DNA of 64,000 nucleotides, taken from the NCBI GenBank assembly GCA_964384365.1, contig CAYLKF010000002.1, positions 98,840-162,839 on the forward strand, in the 5' to 3' direction. A program made the position numbers and the translations under genes. This DNA comes from an uncultured Pseudomonadota bacterium. GTDB taxonomy: Bacteria; UBA10199; JADFYH01. Of the stretch, positions 47,892 to 58,477 are shown in pieces (position 1 is the first letter of the stretch; every line of letters begins with the position of its first letter). The notes under the pieces were generated by a model, which did not search any database, was not told the origin of the DNA, and worked only from the letters and a program-made list of their open reading frames with translations.

Positions 47892-50800
47892 TTGAGGACA
47901 CCTTGTGAATTTGTGAATATTGGAATTCCAAAAACTGAAAAGCGGTTGAGTTGGGTGCTGGGAGATTCTCGGCCCGATTTGTTGCGAGAAGAAACCCTTG
48001 CCCAAATCTTCCGAGAGACAGCCCAGGCTTATCCTGCCAAGACCGCCCTTTTTTTTCAGGAGAAATCTTTAACTTATGAAGAGCTCGATCGTTGGAGCGA
48101 TACGGTTGCGTTGGAGCTTGCGAGGCGAGGGGTTGGTCGGGGTGCGACAGTAGGGGTGTGGTGGCCTCGGAGCTTAGAGCTCCACGTGGCGATTTTGGGA
48201 ATCGTCAAGTCAGGAGCGGCTTATGTGCCTCTTGATCGTGAAATGCCCGCTGACCGCGTTTTGACCGTGCTGGCCGAAGTGGGGGCCGCCGCATGTTTTA
48301 GCGATGAAATTCTAGAGAGTGTTTGCCCGGTTTTGAAAGTGCCTGAGCCGTCTCCTCAAATTACGAAAGCAGAGCTTCCTGTAGGACCTTCTCCAGAAGA
48401 TTGGGCTTATGTCCTTTATACGTCGGGGAGTACGGGCAAGCCCAAAGGGATTCCCATTACTCAACGGCAAATTTGTCATCTCGTTCGTTCCGAACAAAGT
48501 ATTTTAAATATTCAAAACCAAGATAAGGTTTACCAGGGTTTTTCGGTTTCTTTCGATATGTGGTGCGAAGAAACCTGGATCAGTTTTTTGGTGGGAGCTA
48601 CACTTTGGGTGGCCGATTCAACCACAGCCAAATCGCTAGATGAGCTGGGCGAAATTCTCCGTAAAAATCAGATTACCGTGCTTCATGCGGTTCCAAGTTT
48701 ATTGGCGATCATTGACGATCAAATTCCTTCGATTCGTTTAGTCAATGCGGGAGGGGAGGCCTGCACTCCACAGGTTTTGGCAAAATGGGCCAAATCGTCG
48801 CGTCAATTTTTTAATACATATGGCCCCACCGAAACAACAGTTACGGCGACTCTTGCGCCCTTGAAAAGGGGAGATGAAATTACCATCGGCAAACCCTTGC
48901 CCAATTATGGTTTGGCCGTGGTGGACGAACAACTGAATCTTCTTCCTTGTGGAGAGCGCGGAGAATTAGTCATTTCGGGCCCAGGAGTGGGGGGGGGCTA
49001 TATCAACAGGCCCGAGCTTACTCGAAATTGTTTTCTCCCAAAACCGGAGGCGCTTCATTTACTTCCTGGAAATAAAATTTATCGAACCGGCGATGCAGCT
49101 TTCATCAATGAACAAGGCGATATTTTTGTGCAGGGGCGCTTTGATGATCAGATTAAGCTTCGTGGCTATCGAATTGAACTCGGTGAGATAGAAGTCTGTT
49201 TAAATCAACTCCCTTTTGTTTCAAGTGCAGCGGTCGCCGTAAAAAAAGATAAAGAATCGACCGATCATTTGGTGGCCTATCTTGTTTTGGAAACGGGAAA
49301 AACTTTTGATGAAATTCAGGCCCGTCATCTACTTGCCGAGCATTTGCCGGTTTATATGATTCCCAATTTGTTTGTGACGCTGAGCAAGATGCCTTATTTG
49401 CCCAGCGGAAAAATCGATCGTAAATCGCTTCCGGCTCCCGAAGTGCTTAATCAAGCCCAAGAGAAGACGAAAAATTTTGAGGCGAATGCTTCTGTTCAAG
49501 AACGGGTGCTGTGGGTTTTAAATCAAATGTTTCCAAATCGGCCTATAGAGTTAGAAGAAGATTTTTTCGATGATTTAGGCGGACACTCCCTTTTGGCGGC
49601 CGAATTTGTTTCTCGGCTTCGTGAGGCGAAACTGAATTATGCTTCGATTAAAGATGTTTATCTCCACCGCCCTCTGTCGAATCTTTTGAAAGAATGGGAG
49701 ACGAAAAAAACAGATTCTAAAATCTCAGGTGCCGCTTACCAGAAAATTTCGAATGGGCGTTATCTTTTTTGCAGCATCGCTCAAACTTTTGCCTTGCTTT
49801 TTGTTTATGGGCTCTTCGCTTTTCAAATTTTCTTACCTTATGTTTCTTATTATTATGTTTTGCAAGATACTTCGAGTCATGTGTGGGGCATTGTTGCTGC
49901 ACTTTGCTCTTTTTGCTTGGTCCCTCCGATTTTTATTACCATTACCATTCTAACAAAGTGGCTAGTAATTGGCCGAATTCGCCCTGGAGATTATCCGCTT
50001 TGGGGCTGGTATTATTTTCGCTGGTGGCTTTTCAAAGCCGTCCAAAAACTCACACCAGTTGAGTATATTAATGGAACGCCGATCTATCCCCTGTATTTGC
50101 GTTTGCTTGGAGTGAAGGTGGCATCCGATGCCCAATTAAGTGCGTTTATCATTGGCGCAGAAGATTTGGTTACCCTTGGAAAAGATGTGAGTATTAGCTC
50201 AGGAGTTGTTTTAAATAATGCGGTGGTTGAAGGCGGGCTTTTAAAACTGCGCTCCGTTCATCTTGCCGACCATGCCTATATTGGAACCAGTTCAGTGATT
50301 GGCGGAGACTGCAAAATTGAAGAATGGGGAGAGCTCAAAGATTTAAGTTTTTTGCGTCCGGGTACTCGGGTAAAAACTTGTGAAGTTTGGGGAGGAAGTC
50401 CGGCAGAACGGGAATGCACGAAAACGCTTGAAGAATTGCCTCAGCCTTTAGAAGTTTCTTTTCAAACACGTCTGAAATATAGCGCCATTTTTTTGCTTCT
50501 TCTTCTTTTGTTTCCTTTCAATGTTTTGCTTCCCCTTTTGCCGAGCATCATTATTTTGAATGAACTCGATACTGCAGCTCCCGATTATAATTTCAATTAT
50601 TTGGTGATTACGCCTCTCTTAGCAGCGAGCTACGTTTTGCTCTTTGCTTTGGAGGTGGTGATTTTTTCGCGGATCATTCTCAAAGACTTAAAACCAGGAA
50701 CCTATTCTCTCTATAGCAAGCTTTATATTCGTAAGTGGTTTGTAGATCAGTTAATCACTTTATCGCTCTATGTGCTGCATCCTGCCTACGCGACGGTCTA

Positions 50801-51878
50801 TGTTTCGAGCTTTTACCGAGCCCTGCGTGCGAAGATTGGAAAGCGCACCGAGATTTCAACGGCCAGTGAAGTGACTCATTGTCTTTTAGAGGTTGGAGAA
50901 GGAGCTTTTGTGGCCGATGCGGTTACTTTGGGTGAAGATGATGTGCGAGCTCAGCAATTTACCCTCAGCCAAACAACGATTGGAAGCAATAGCTTTGTAG
51001 GAAATAGTGCGCTGATTCCCCAAGGCTATCATTTACCCAGCGATATGTTGGTGGGAGTTTTATCGGTACCGCCCACGCCAGAGCAACTTCGCAACTCTTC
51101 GGCAAAAAATTGGTTTGGTTCTCCGGCGATTCCGCTTCCGAGGCGCCAGGAGAGCGGAAATTATCCGGCAAGTTTAACGACGCATCCTTCTCACAAAAGA
51201 AAAATTGTTCGTGGAGTGATTGAGTTTCTACGGCTTTTGGTTCCTTCAACGGTCTTGATGTGTTTGAGTGTGGTTTTTATTGCGTATGTGCATGATTTGG
51301 TTGTTGATGGGAGCTGGTTGGAATTATTTTTACAATTTCCTTTTTACTATATTGGTTTCGTGGGGCTTCCTTGTTTCTTGGTTGTGGTGCTTCTTAAATG
51401 GATTTTGATTGGAAAATATAAAGTGCTTCAAACCCCCATGTGGACTTCAAAAGTCTGGCGAACAGAAGCCATTACTGCCATCTACGAGGCGCTTTCGGTG
51501 CCTTTTCTCCTTGAATATTTAAAGGGGACCCTCTGGCTGCCTCTTGCCTTGCGTTTGCTGGGAGTTAAAGCTGGAAAACGGGTTTGGCTGAATACGACGG
51601 ATATCACCGAATTTGATTTGGTAAGTATTGGAGACGATGCGGCTCTCAATGAAGATAGTGGCCCCCAAACTCATTTGTTTGAAGATCGTGTGATGAAAAT
51701 AGGATCGGTGGATATTGGTGAAAGAGCTAGTGTCGGGGCTCGAACTGTGGTTTTATACGAGAGTAAAGTGGGCAACGAAACGGTTTTGGAGCCTTTGTCT
51801 TTGGTGATGAAGGGTGAAAATCTTCCTTCACAGTCTCGTTGGGGCGGAAGCCCCGTAAGGCCCGTTTCAGCTTCTTAG
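47892..51878 (+). CDS. Single-module NRPS-like homopoly(amino acid) synthetase with epsilon-poly-L-lysine-synthetase (Pls)-type architecture: A domain, T domain, then three tandem soluble repeats each flanked by TM pairs
   Basis: A-domain cores LKSGAAYVPLD, LYTSGSTGKPKG, NTYGPTETT, YRTGD, GRFDDQIKLRGYRIELGEIE, PSGKIDRK. PCP core FFDDLGGHSLLA. The C-terminal half shows a triplicated unit (KWLVIGRIRPGDYPLWGWYYFRWW, KDLKPGTYSLYSKLYIRKWF, KWILIGKYKVLQTPMWTSKVWRTE, each followed by a hexapeptide-like beta-helix segment) separated by pairs of TM helices. No C or TE domain. TTG start. Confidence 0.8.
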   Translation: MRTPCEFVNIGIPKTEKRLSWVLGDSRPDLLREETLAQIFRETAQAYPAKTALFFQEKSLTYEELDRWSDTVALELARRGVGRGATVGVWWPRSLELHVAILGIVKSGAAYVPLDREMPADRVLTVLAEVGAAACFSDEILESVCPVLKVPEPSPQITKAELPVGPSPEDWAYVLYTSGSTGKPKGIPITQRQICHLVRSEQSILNIQNQDKVYQGFSVSFDMWCEETWISFLVGATLWVADSTTAKSLDELGEILRKNQITVLHAVPSLLAIIDDQIPSIRLVNAGGEACTPQVLAKWAKSSRQFFNTYGPTETTVTATLAPLKRGDEITIGKPLPNYGLAVVDEQLNLLPCGERGELVISGPGVGGGYINRPELTRNCFLPKPEALHLLPGNKIYRTGDAAFINEQGDIFVQGRFDDQIKLRGYRIELGEIEVCLNQLPFVSSAAVAVKKDKESTDHLVAYLVLETGKTFDEIQARHLLAEHLPVYMIPNLFVTLSKMPYLPSGKIDRKSLPAPEVLNQAQEKTKNFEANASVQERVLWVLNQMFPNRPIELEEDFFDDLGGHSLLAAEFVSRLREAKLNYASIKDVYLHRPLSNLLKEWETKKTDSKISGAAYQKISNGRYLFCSIAQTFALLFVYGLFAFQIFLPYVSYYYVLQDTSSHVWGIVAALCSFCLVPPIFITITILTKWLVIGRIRPGDYPLWGWYYFRWWLFKAVQKLTPVEYINGTPIYPLYLRLLGVKVASDAQLSAFIIGAEDLVTLGKDVSISSGVVLNNAVVEGGLLKLRSVHLADHAYIGTSSVIGGDCKIEEWGELKDLSFLRPGTRVKTCEVWGGSPAERECTKTLEELPQPLEVSFQTRLKYSAIFLLLLLLFPFNVLLPLLPSIIILNELDTAAPDYNFNYLVITPLLAASYVLLFALEVVIFSRIILKDLKPGTYSLYSKLYIRKWFVDQLITLSLYVLHPAYATVYVSSFYRALRAKIGKRTEISTASEVTHCLLEVGEGAFVADAVTLGEDDVRAQQFTLSQTTIGSNSFVGNSALIPQGYHLPSDMLVGVLSVPPTPEQLRNSSAKNWFGSPAIPLPRRQESGNYPASLTTHPSHKRKIVRGVIEFLRLLVPSTVLMCLSVVFIAYVHDLVVDGSWLELFLQFPFYYIGFVGLPCFLVVVLLKWILIGKYKVLQTPMWTSKVWRTEAITAIYEALSVPFLLEYLKGTLWLPLALRLLGVKAGKRVWLNTTDITEFDLVSIGDDAALNEDSGPQTHLFEDRVMKIGSVDIGERASVGARTVVLYESKVGNETVLEPLSLVMKGENLPSQSRWGGSPVRPVSAS

Positions 51879-51886
51879 GAGGGATC

Positions 51887-52588
51887 ATGCCAGAAATTTC
51901 TTACCGAAAAGGGGCGATTCAGCCTCTCGTTTGTTATCGTTTAGCGTGGCAATTCATTAAAGATGACTATTGGACTTTTTTGCTTATTGCTCTGGTGGGC
52001 CTAGTCTTAGGGAGTTTGGCGCCTTTAGGTATTTTGATGGGGCCCATGATGTGCGGGATCTATCTTTGTTTGTTCGGAAAACTCAATCAAGAAAAAATTA
52101 CTTTTGATAAGCTCTTAAAAGGCTTTGATTTCTTTTTGCCGAGCTTTATCGCAACGCTGATTCAAATGATTCCGGTTATTATTCTCATTGTCCCGATGAA
52201 TTTTTATTTCATCTTCGTGATGATGCAAGACATTCAAATGCTTCAACAAAATTCCGACCCGGCCTTTGCTCAAGCTTGGCTCGTTAGTTTTTTCCTGAAG
52301 ATGATTCCTGGAGTAGGAATTATGATGCTTCTGATGTTAATCGCGACAGCCCTTTTCATGTTTAGTTATCCTTTGATCGTCGATAAAAAACTCTCGGCTT
52401 GGGAAGCCATTCAAACCAGCGCCCGATCTGCCTTAGCGAATTTAGGGGGAGTTTTGGGTTTGGTGTTTTTAAATATGTTTTTGGGAGTGATTGGTGTTTG
52501 TTGCTGTTATGTAGGTGCAATCTTTATTCTTCCGATTACCCTGGCCGCTAATTTTATGGCTTATCGCCAAGTTTTTGGAGAAATCTAA
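51887..52588 (+). CDS. Polytopic membrane protein translationally coupled to the Pls-like gene
   Basis: ATG 8 nt after the pls stop, behind GGAGGG; about 6 TM helices. The longer upstream ORF start at 51839 overlaps pls and is less likely. Confidence 0.5.
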   Translation: MPEISYRKGAIQPLVCYRLAWQFIKDDYWTFLLIALVGLVLGSLAPLGILMGPMMCGIYLCLFGKLNQEKITFDKLLKGFDFFLPSFIATLIQMIPVIILIVPMNFYFIFVMMQDIQMLQQNSDPAFAQAWLVSFFLKMIPGVGIMMLLMLIATALFMFSYPLIVDKKLSAWEAIQTSARSALANLGGVLGLVFLNMFLGVIGVCCCYVGAIFILPITLAANFMAYRQVFGEI

Positions 52589-52630
52589 TTTTTTCTTCGC
52601 TGCACTAACCCAGATAAACTGGATAAGAGA

Positions 52631-54700
52631 CTAATGGCTCCGCACCTTTGAGAGATGCACCATCGGAAAAGGTTCCATCGGAATTTGAATCTCTAAATTA
52701 TCTCCTCTACAAGTATAGTGAAGTTGGGCTGGATGGGTTGATGGCGGAGTTGGAAGATTTGTACTTCGAGTTCTTCCCGCAATAGAGATGGTAGCCTGAC
52801 CACTTGAGTTTACTGCAAAATTCCAAATATTTAAGGTGGAACCACCCGCTGCATAATTTCCCTGTGCATTCATTTGCATGTTGATGTTCATGATCATATT
52901 CATTCCTCGATCCATGGGCGTATTTGTGCCCACGCTATAATCGAGTGTGCCATTTGCGATTCCATTCCGTTTCATGCAGAGATCCGCGTTGATCGAAAAA
53001 TTCGTGATTTGAGTTCGTTGAGTCGCCTGATGCCCTGAGAAGAGGGCTTGCAAAGCACTCCGATCACTTGCAGGGTCGATATGCCATCGGCCAATCAGAC
53101 AGTTGTCGCGAGAGCTTGCATCGACCCCTGCCGGAGCGCTTTCAGTACCCCCTCCTGCGTTTTCTGCTCTTACATCCACCGTCAGTTGATATTCTGTATG
53201 TCCGGATCGGGTATTCGTCAGCAATACTTTATAGGTTGAGGATTCGGAATCTCCGTCACAAGAAAAATTACCGATTGTTTCGGGTAAATTTCCCCAGGTG
53301 GTTTCACCTTCTTTTTCTGCACTATATTTCCCAGGATTTTCGTCGCGAGTCTGAATGTGAAATTGTTTGTTATCAGGATCAAAAACCATTTTTTTGCGGG
53401 TGATCACGAAAGGTTGGGAGCTGTAGCGATAAGTGTGAGTATCGGTTACTCGATCCACATCCGAAAAAGTTGGATTGAGAGGGCGATTTCCCCCGCCGGT
53501 ATCGTGAATTTGATTATCTAAATAATGCTCTCCAAAACGGTGAAAGAGATCATTCATGTTGGAATAAGCCGAGAGCGCGGCTTCTTGCTCGTCGAAAGAT
53601 CCGCTCGTAGGGAGTGAAGCAAACAAGCTTAAGACACCCGCATTTCCTGTTTCGTTGGCGAGATATTGGAGAAAAACATTCGCCTCATAGCTCATGCGAT
53701 GAATGGGCGTTGTGGGAGATTCAGAATCAAAATCGCTGTTGTAGTAATCTTCTTCATTGGTAGAAGGATAAACCACGTTGCTGAAATATTCTGCACCGCC
53801 TTCGGCCCACCATTCGGTGGCAGCCACTGAAGGACCCCGGTTTTGCATCATATAATTATCATCTTCGACACAATGAAAAACTTCGTGGGCAAGAATTTGT
53901 TTGAAGACCGCCGGATTTTCGATGAAACTTTGGATTCCCGCATACCACACCTGAACCCGACAGACCTCTTCTCCTAAAACATTGGCGTTTACGGCACTGG
54001 CGTCTGCACCGAGAGCCGCAGGGTTTGACATGGGAATCACTAAAACATAGGTTTTGCGAGTTCGAAGCCCCAAGCCTCTGTAAGTGCGTAGAGAATCGCT
54101 GACTGCCTCGCTCACGGCAGAACGAAAATTGTCTTCTGCATTCACAAGGGTGTGGATGAGGAGTTTGTTTTCAAAACCTTGAGAGGGAATATTGTATTCC
54201 AGATAGCAATCCGAATCGATGCAACGTCGTTCTTGTGCAGATGCAGGGGGAACTAAGATATTTTGGAGAGAAAGAGAAGGAGGTGTTGATGAATTCGCAG
54301 AGCTCGATTTTTTTAAAATTTTATTCAAATCTGGAAATACTTTATCGATCAAGCGTTGGATTTCTTTTTTGGCTGCTTCATCGTCACCATACTGAAGGTA
54401 GTGTTGGGCACGACGCTGAAGAGGGGTAAGCTCTCGGGCCCTGATTTTTTTGATGCCATAAACTTGTTCTGGAGTTTTTTCTCCGGCAAAAATTTTCAGG
54501 TTTTCGATAATGAGAGTTTTTTCGTCCCAGGTTCCGGATAATTCCTTTTCTCGATAGAGATTATAAAGAACAGGAATCGTTGTGTCTGGGCCGGTGATTT
54601 TTTTAGAATTTGTTTTATAGAGAAATAAAAGTGCTGCACCAAATCCGAGGAGAATGATAAAAAGCCCCACGAGAGCAAAAAGAATTTTATTGGATTTCAT
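52631..54700 (-). CDS. Membrane-anchored putative zinc metalloprotease (HExxH)
   Basis: N-terminal TM anchor ILFALVGLFIILLGFGAALLFLY; HEVFH motif with downstream Glu (WWAEGGAEYF); 689 aa; convergent with the pls operon. Confidence 0.55.
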   Translation of the reverse strand: MKSNKILFALVGLFIILLGFGAALLFLYKTNSKKITGPDTTIPVLYNLYREKELSGTWDEKTLIIENLKIFAGEKTPEQVYGIKKIRARELTPLQRRAQHYLQYGDDEAAKKEIQRLIDKVFPDLNKILKKSSSANSSTPPSLSLQNILVPPASAQERRCIDSDCYLEYNIPSQGFENKLLIHTLVNAEDNFRSAVSEAVSDSLRTYRGLGLRTRKTYVLVIPMSNPAALGADASAVNANVLGEEVCRVQVWYAGIQSFIENPAVFKQILAHEVFHCVEDDNYMMQNRGPSVAATEWWAEGGAEYFSNVVYPSTNEEDYYNSDFDSESPTTPIHRMSYEANVFLQYLANETGNAGVLSLFASLPTSGSFDEQEAALSAYSNMNDLFHRFGEHYLDNQIHDTGGGNRPLNPTFSDVDRVTDTHTYRYSSQPFVITRKKMVFDPDNKQFHIQTRDENPGKYSAEKEGETTWGNLPETIGNFSCDGDSESSTYKVLLTNTRSGHTEYQLTVDVRAENAGGGTESAPAGVDASSRDNCLIGRWHIDPASDRSALQALFSGHQATQRTQITNFSINADLCMKRNGIANGTLDYSVGTNTPMDRGMNMIMNINMQMNAQGNYAAGGSTLNIWNFAVNSSGQATISIAGRTRSTNLPTPPSTHPAQLHYTCRGDNLEIQIPMEPFPMVHLSKVRSH

Positions 54701-54812
54701 AAGGTCTTGAAATGGGCATAAGTTCGCTCAGAAAACAAGTTTTATGATGGGTTCGCTGAGCAACTTGAAATATCTTTGCAGGGTGTGAGAGGCTAAATAC
54801 ATTTCTATAATT

Positions 54813-55562
54813 TTGAAAAATTGGTTAGCGGTGAAAAAAACTCAGATCACATTTCAATTACAGGCACCTCATCTTTGGACCCTCGAAAGCTTGATGCAAA
54901 TCCAGGGCATCCCTTCTGTTTTTGTGCCTCCGTTACCTGCCTGGATTGAGCAAATGCCTATTCGGATGACCGTTGTTGAGCTTCCCGAGAAGAAATTGTT
55001 TTTACATTCTCCTGTTCCCCTCACGGAAGAGGTAAAACAAGAACTGGATTCTTTAGGAGAAGTTGCTTTTGTGGTGGCGCCGAGTCTACTTCATCATGTG
55101 AATGTTTTGTCTTATGCCCAAAATTATAAAAAAGCCTTATGTCTCATGCCTCAAAATTTAAAAAAGAAACGGCGAGATTTAGAGAGTTTTTCTTATTTAG
55201 AAGATCATCCACGCTTTGCTGCTCCTCATCTCGAGCAGATCTTGCTTGCCGGGCATCGTTCCGAAGAAACAGCTTTTTTTCATCCTTCAACTCGCACCCT
55301 CATTGTGGCGGATCTTTGCTATAACCCGGGGATGGAGCAGGGTTTCTTAGGAAGGACTTTTTTTAAAATAGTTGGTGCTTATGGCAAGCCGAGTTTACCT
55401 TTCTATCATCGCTTCGCGGTGAGCGATGCCAAAGCTCTAAAACAATCTTTAGAAAAAATTCTCAGTTGGGATTTTGACCGAATCATTCTCTCTCACGGAA
55501 CAATCATCCCCAATAATGGGAAAGAAATTTTTCAGAAAATATGGGCCTGGGCGTTGAAATAG
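54813..55562 (+). CDS. Conserved hypothetical protein
   Basis: 249-aa ORF, several His-rich positions (SLLHHVNV, LAGHRSEE, ILSHGT) suggesting a metal-dependent fold; not assigned. Confidence 0.45.
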   Translation: MKNWLAVKKTQITFQLQAPHLWTLESLMQIQGIPSVFVPPLPAWIEQMPIRMTVVELPEKKLFLHSPVPLTEEVKQELDSLGEVAFVVAPSLLHHVNVLSYAQNYKKALCLMPQNLKKKRRDLESFSYLEDHPRFAAPHLEQILLAGHRSEETAFFHPSTRTLIVADLCYNPGMEQGFLGRTFFKIVGAYGKPSLPFYHRFAVSDAKALKQSLEKILSWDFDRIILSHGTIIPNNGKEIFQKIWAWALK

Positions 55563-55564
55563 CC

Positions 55565-55984
55565 TTAACGGGTGCTGACGAGACGAATTTCAATATCTTG
55601 TTGGGGGGCGAGCACCGAAATAAATTCTTGTAGCTTAGAGAGGCTGGGCTCGGAGCGCCCTTGTTCGTATTGAGCGTAGGCATTTTTTGATTTTGTTTTG
55701 AGTTTTTTTGCCATTTCACTCAAGCTGATATTTTTCAGGGCTCGCTGGCGTTTTAGCATTAAAGACAGGAGAGAAATCGGATTGTTAGAGCTTAAGAAGA
55801 ATGTGTTTTTACTGTGTGGGATGATTTTAATTCTCAATCCTTTGTCATTTAAAAGGAGTTCGAGAGCATTCCCGAGCATGAAATAGGCTTCTTTCTTAGA
55901 TTTTGCTTGGGTGAGTAAGTCTAATACAGGGATTTCAATTAACCACCACTTTTTGTGTTTACGAATTTTGCCTTCCAAAATCAT
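55565..55984 (-). CDS. hicB: HicB-family antitoxin with C-terminal XRE-type HTH
   Basis: N-terminal HicB fold region (WWLIEIPVLDLLTQAKSKKEA); C-terminal HTH NISLSEMAKKLKTKSKNAYAQYEQGRSEPSLSKL; 4-nt overlap with hicA. Confidence 0.7.
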   Translation of the reverse strand: MILEGKIRKHKKWWLIEIPVLDLLTQAKSKKEAYFMLGNALELLLNDKGLRIKIIPHSKNTFFLSSNNPISLLSLMLKRQRALKNISLSEMAKKLKTKSKNAYAQYEQGRSEPSLSKLQEFISVLAPQQDIEIRLVSTR

Positions 55985-56199
55985 AAAATTCCCCTCGAGT
56001 GATATTTAGCTTTTTTCAGAATTTTTTTTGCCAAGAGCTCATTGATTTCTTTGTGCCTTGGAATGGGTTCTTCTAATTCTCCATTCGACCAAATTTCGTG
56101 TTTGGATCCCTGGCGAAGAAGATACCATCCTTTTGATTTTAATTTGTAGATAAGCTCTTTATACTTCATAAGTATACATAAATTAATGTACGATGTCAA
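55981..56199 (-). CDS. hicA: HicA-family mRNA interferase toxin
   Basis: KELIYKLKSKGWYLLRQGSKHEIW matches the HicA GW.L.RQ.GSH core. The true start is probably the internal Met (MKYKEL). Confidence 0.7.
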   Translation of the reverse strand: MTSYINLCILMKYKELIYKLKSKGWYLLRQGSKHEIWSNGELEEPIPRHKEINELLAKKILKKAKYHSRGIL

Positions 56200-56326
56200 T
56201 GAGGGGTGGCGATTGGAAACCTATGAAGCAAAAGAGAGGCCAATATTTTTATTCTATTTAATGGGAGATGAAAGGCGTGGGGTCTGGTTTTCGGACATTT
56301 GAGGGTCCGATTTCCGGAATTGAAGT

Positions 56327-56731
56327 CTAACTCATTTTCCGCAATTTTCCTAAAGTAAGAAGGCTTAAAAACAGAAGAGGGGCAAGGGCGATCAGATAAA
56401 AAAGCCCCAAAGCAAAAGCGAAGGGGAGAAATAAGGTTAAGAGAGCACTCAGTGCCGCCAAAACATACAGAAGAAGAAAGAGAGAATGAAGAATCTTGGC
56501 AAGTTTGAGACTTGTAGGCGATTGGAGGAGTAGCAAAACTCCGGTTAAGCTTAAAAAAATGAGAATTCCAATTGTTGCGGGAGATAAAGAGAAGCCAGTA
56601 GAAACTTGAATTTCTTGATCTTGCGGGTAGACGTTGATGAAGTGTTGAAAAAAGTAAGCGAAGAATAGCAATGCTAGCCCAAGTGTGAAGTGGGCGAAGG
56701 CTAAATATTTGAGGTGTGGGTTTTTATTCAC
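56327..56731 (-). CDS. Small membrane protein, hypothetical
   Basis: 134 aa, 4 TM helices. Confidence 0.4.
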   Translation of the reverse strand: MNKNPHLKYLAFAHFTLGLALLFFAYFFQHFINVYPQDQEIQVSTGFSLSPATIGILIFLSLTGVLLLLQSPTSLKLAKILHSLFLLLYVLAALSALLTLFLPFAFALGLFYLIALAPLLFLSLLTLGKLRKMS

Positions 56732-56743
56732 CGGAGCCCTAAT

Positions 56744-58402
56744 CTACACCACAATCCGCTCGCGATACAGCCCAAAAACCTCACGCATCGTATCGCTAAT
56801 TTCTCCGAGAGTGGTGTAGCAACGAACCGCATTCAAAATATGCGGCATCAAATTTTCGTTTCCTTTGGCGGCTTGAGTGAGTCTTTCTCGCGCCGCTTTT
56901 ACAGCCCCGTTATCGCGTTTTTCACGAAGTTTTTTCAAGCGCTCGCACTGCTTAATTTCAATCGAGGGGTCGACCCGTAAAATATCTTTTACGGCTTCTT
57001 CCTTCTTTTGAAATTTATTCACGCCCACAATAATAATTTTTTCCTCTTCGATCGCTTTTTGATATTGATACGCCGCTTCTTGGATTTCGCGTTGTTGAAA
57101 GCCGGCTTCAATTCCTTTTACGGCGCCGCCCAGTTTATCGATTTTCTCAATGTATTCTAAGGCGCGTTTTTCGATTTCGTCCGTCAACGATTCCACCACG
57201 TAAGATCCGGCGAAAGGATCAATCGTATCGGTTACGCCCGTTTCATAAGCAATCAATTGTTGAGTGCGCAGCGCCAGGGTTGCCGAGGCTTCGGTGGGGA
57301 GGGCTAGGGCTTCGTCGCGTCCATTGGTGTGAAGACTTTGAGTTCCACCAAAAACCGCAGAAAGCGCCTGGAAAGCCACGCGAATTCCATTGTTATCGAT
57401 CTGCTGCGCGGTGAGTGTAGAGCCCCCGGTTTGGGTATGAAAACGAAGCATGCAGCTGCGATCGGTCGCGTTGAAGCGCTGCTTCATCAATTTTGCCCAA
57501 AGACGCCGAGCCGCGCGAAACTTTGCCACTTCTTCAAGAAAATTATTGTGCGAATTAAAAAAGAAAGAGAGGCGCGAGGCGAAGTCATCCACCTTCAAGC
57601 CTTTATCAACCGCGGCTTTCACGTAAGCCAAGCCATTTGCCAAAGTGAACGCAACTTCTTGCACGGCCGTCGATCCGGCTTCGCGAATATGATAGCCCGA
57701 GATTGAAATCGTATTCCATTTGGGAACAGAATCTTTGCAGAAGGCAAACATATCGGTAATGATTCGCATCGAGTGTTCGGGCGGGTAGATATAGGTACCC
57801 CGGGCGATGTATTCTTTGAGTAAATCGTTTTGAACGGTGCCCGAAATTTTATCGGCAGTGACGCCCTGTTTTTCGGCAACAGCCATGTAGAGAGCCAAAA
57901 GAATAGAAGCGGTGGAATTAATCGTCATCGAAGTCGAAACTTTATCGAGGGGGATTTGGTTAAACAAAATTTCCATATCTTCGAGCGAATCGATGGCAAC
58001 TCCGGCCTTTCCCACTTCGCCCTTTGAACGCGGCGAATCGGAATCGTAACCCATTTGAGTGGGCAGATCGAAAGCGACCGAAAGCCCTGTTCCACCATTT
58101 TCAATCAGATAGCGGTAACGTTTGTTCGATTCTTCAGCGGTCGCAAAACCGGCATACATGCGCATGGTCCAGTAGCGCCCACGATACATGGTGGGTTGAA
58201 CGCCGCGGGTGAAGGGAAATTGGCCGGGAAAATTCAGTTCTTCAAGATAGCTCGGATCAGGATTTTCAGGAAGATACAGTCTTTCAAGCTCGATTCCCGA
58301 AGAATTCGTAAACTGTTTTTTACTTTCCGGATCGCGTGCTAACGATTTTGCTAAAGTGGTTTCTTCCCATTTTTTGAAGGCTTCTTTGGTTTTGTCAGAC
58401 AT
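56744..58402 (-). CDS. B12-dependent acyl-CoA mutase large (catalytic) subunit without fused B12-binding domain (IcmA/McmA-like)
   Basis: [50 protein letters not shown] signature; 552 aa; no C-terminal DxHxxG domain. Confidence 0.8.
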   Translation of the reverse strand: MSDKTKEAFKKWEETTLAKSLARDPESKKQFTNSSGIELERLYLPENPDPSYLEELNFPGQFPFTRGVQPTMYRGRYWTMRMYAGFATAEESNKRYRYLIENGGTGLSVAFDLPTQMGYDSDSPRSKGEVGKAGVAIDSLEDMEILFNQIPLDKVSTSMTINSTASILLALYMAVAEKQGVTADKISGTVQNDLLKEYIARGTYIYPPEHSMRIITDMFAFCKDSVPKWNTISISGYHIREAGSTAVQEVAFTLANGLAYVKAAVDKGLKVDDFASRLSFFFNSHNNFLEEVAKFRAARRLWAKLMKQRFNATDRSCMLRFHTQTGGSTLTAQQIDNNGIRVAFQALSAVFGGTQSLHTNGRDEALALPTEASATLALRTQQLIAYETGVTDTIDPFAGSYVVESLTDEIEKRALEYIEKIDKLGGAVKGIEAGFQQREIQEAAYQYQKAIEEEKIIIVGVNKFQKKEEAVKDILRVDPSIEIKQCERLKKLREKRDNGAVKAARERLTQAAKGNENLMPHILNAVRCYTTLGEISDTMREVFGLYRERIVV

Positions 58403-58477
58403 ATGAAGTTCCTGTTTAAAAATAACTTTGTCATCCTCCGACTTGATCGGGGGATCCAGTTTGAATAAATAGATTCC

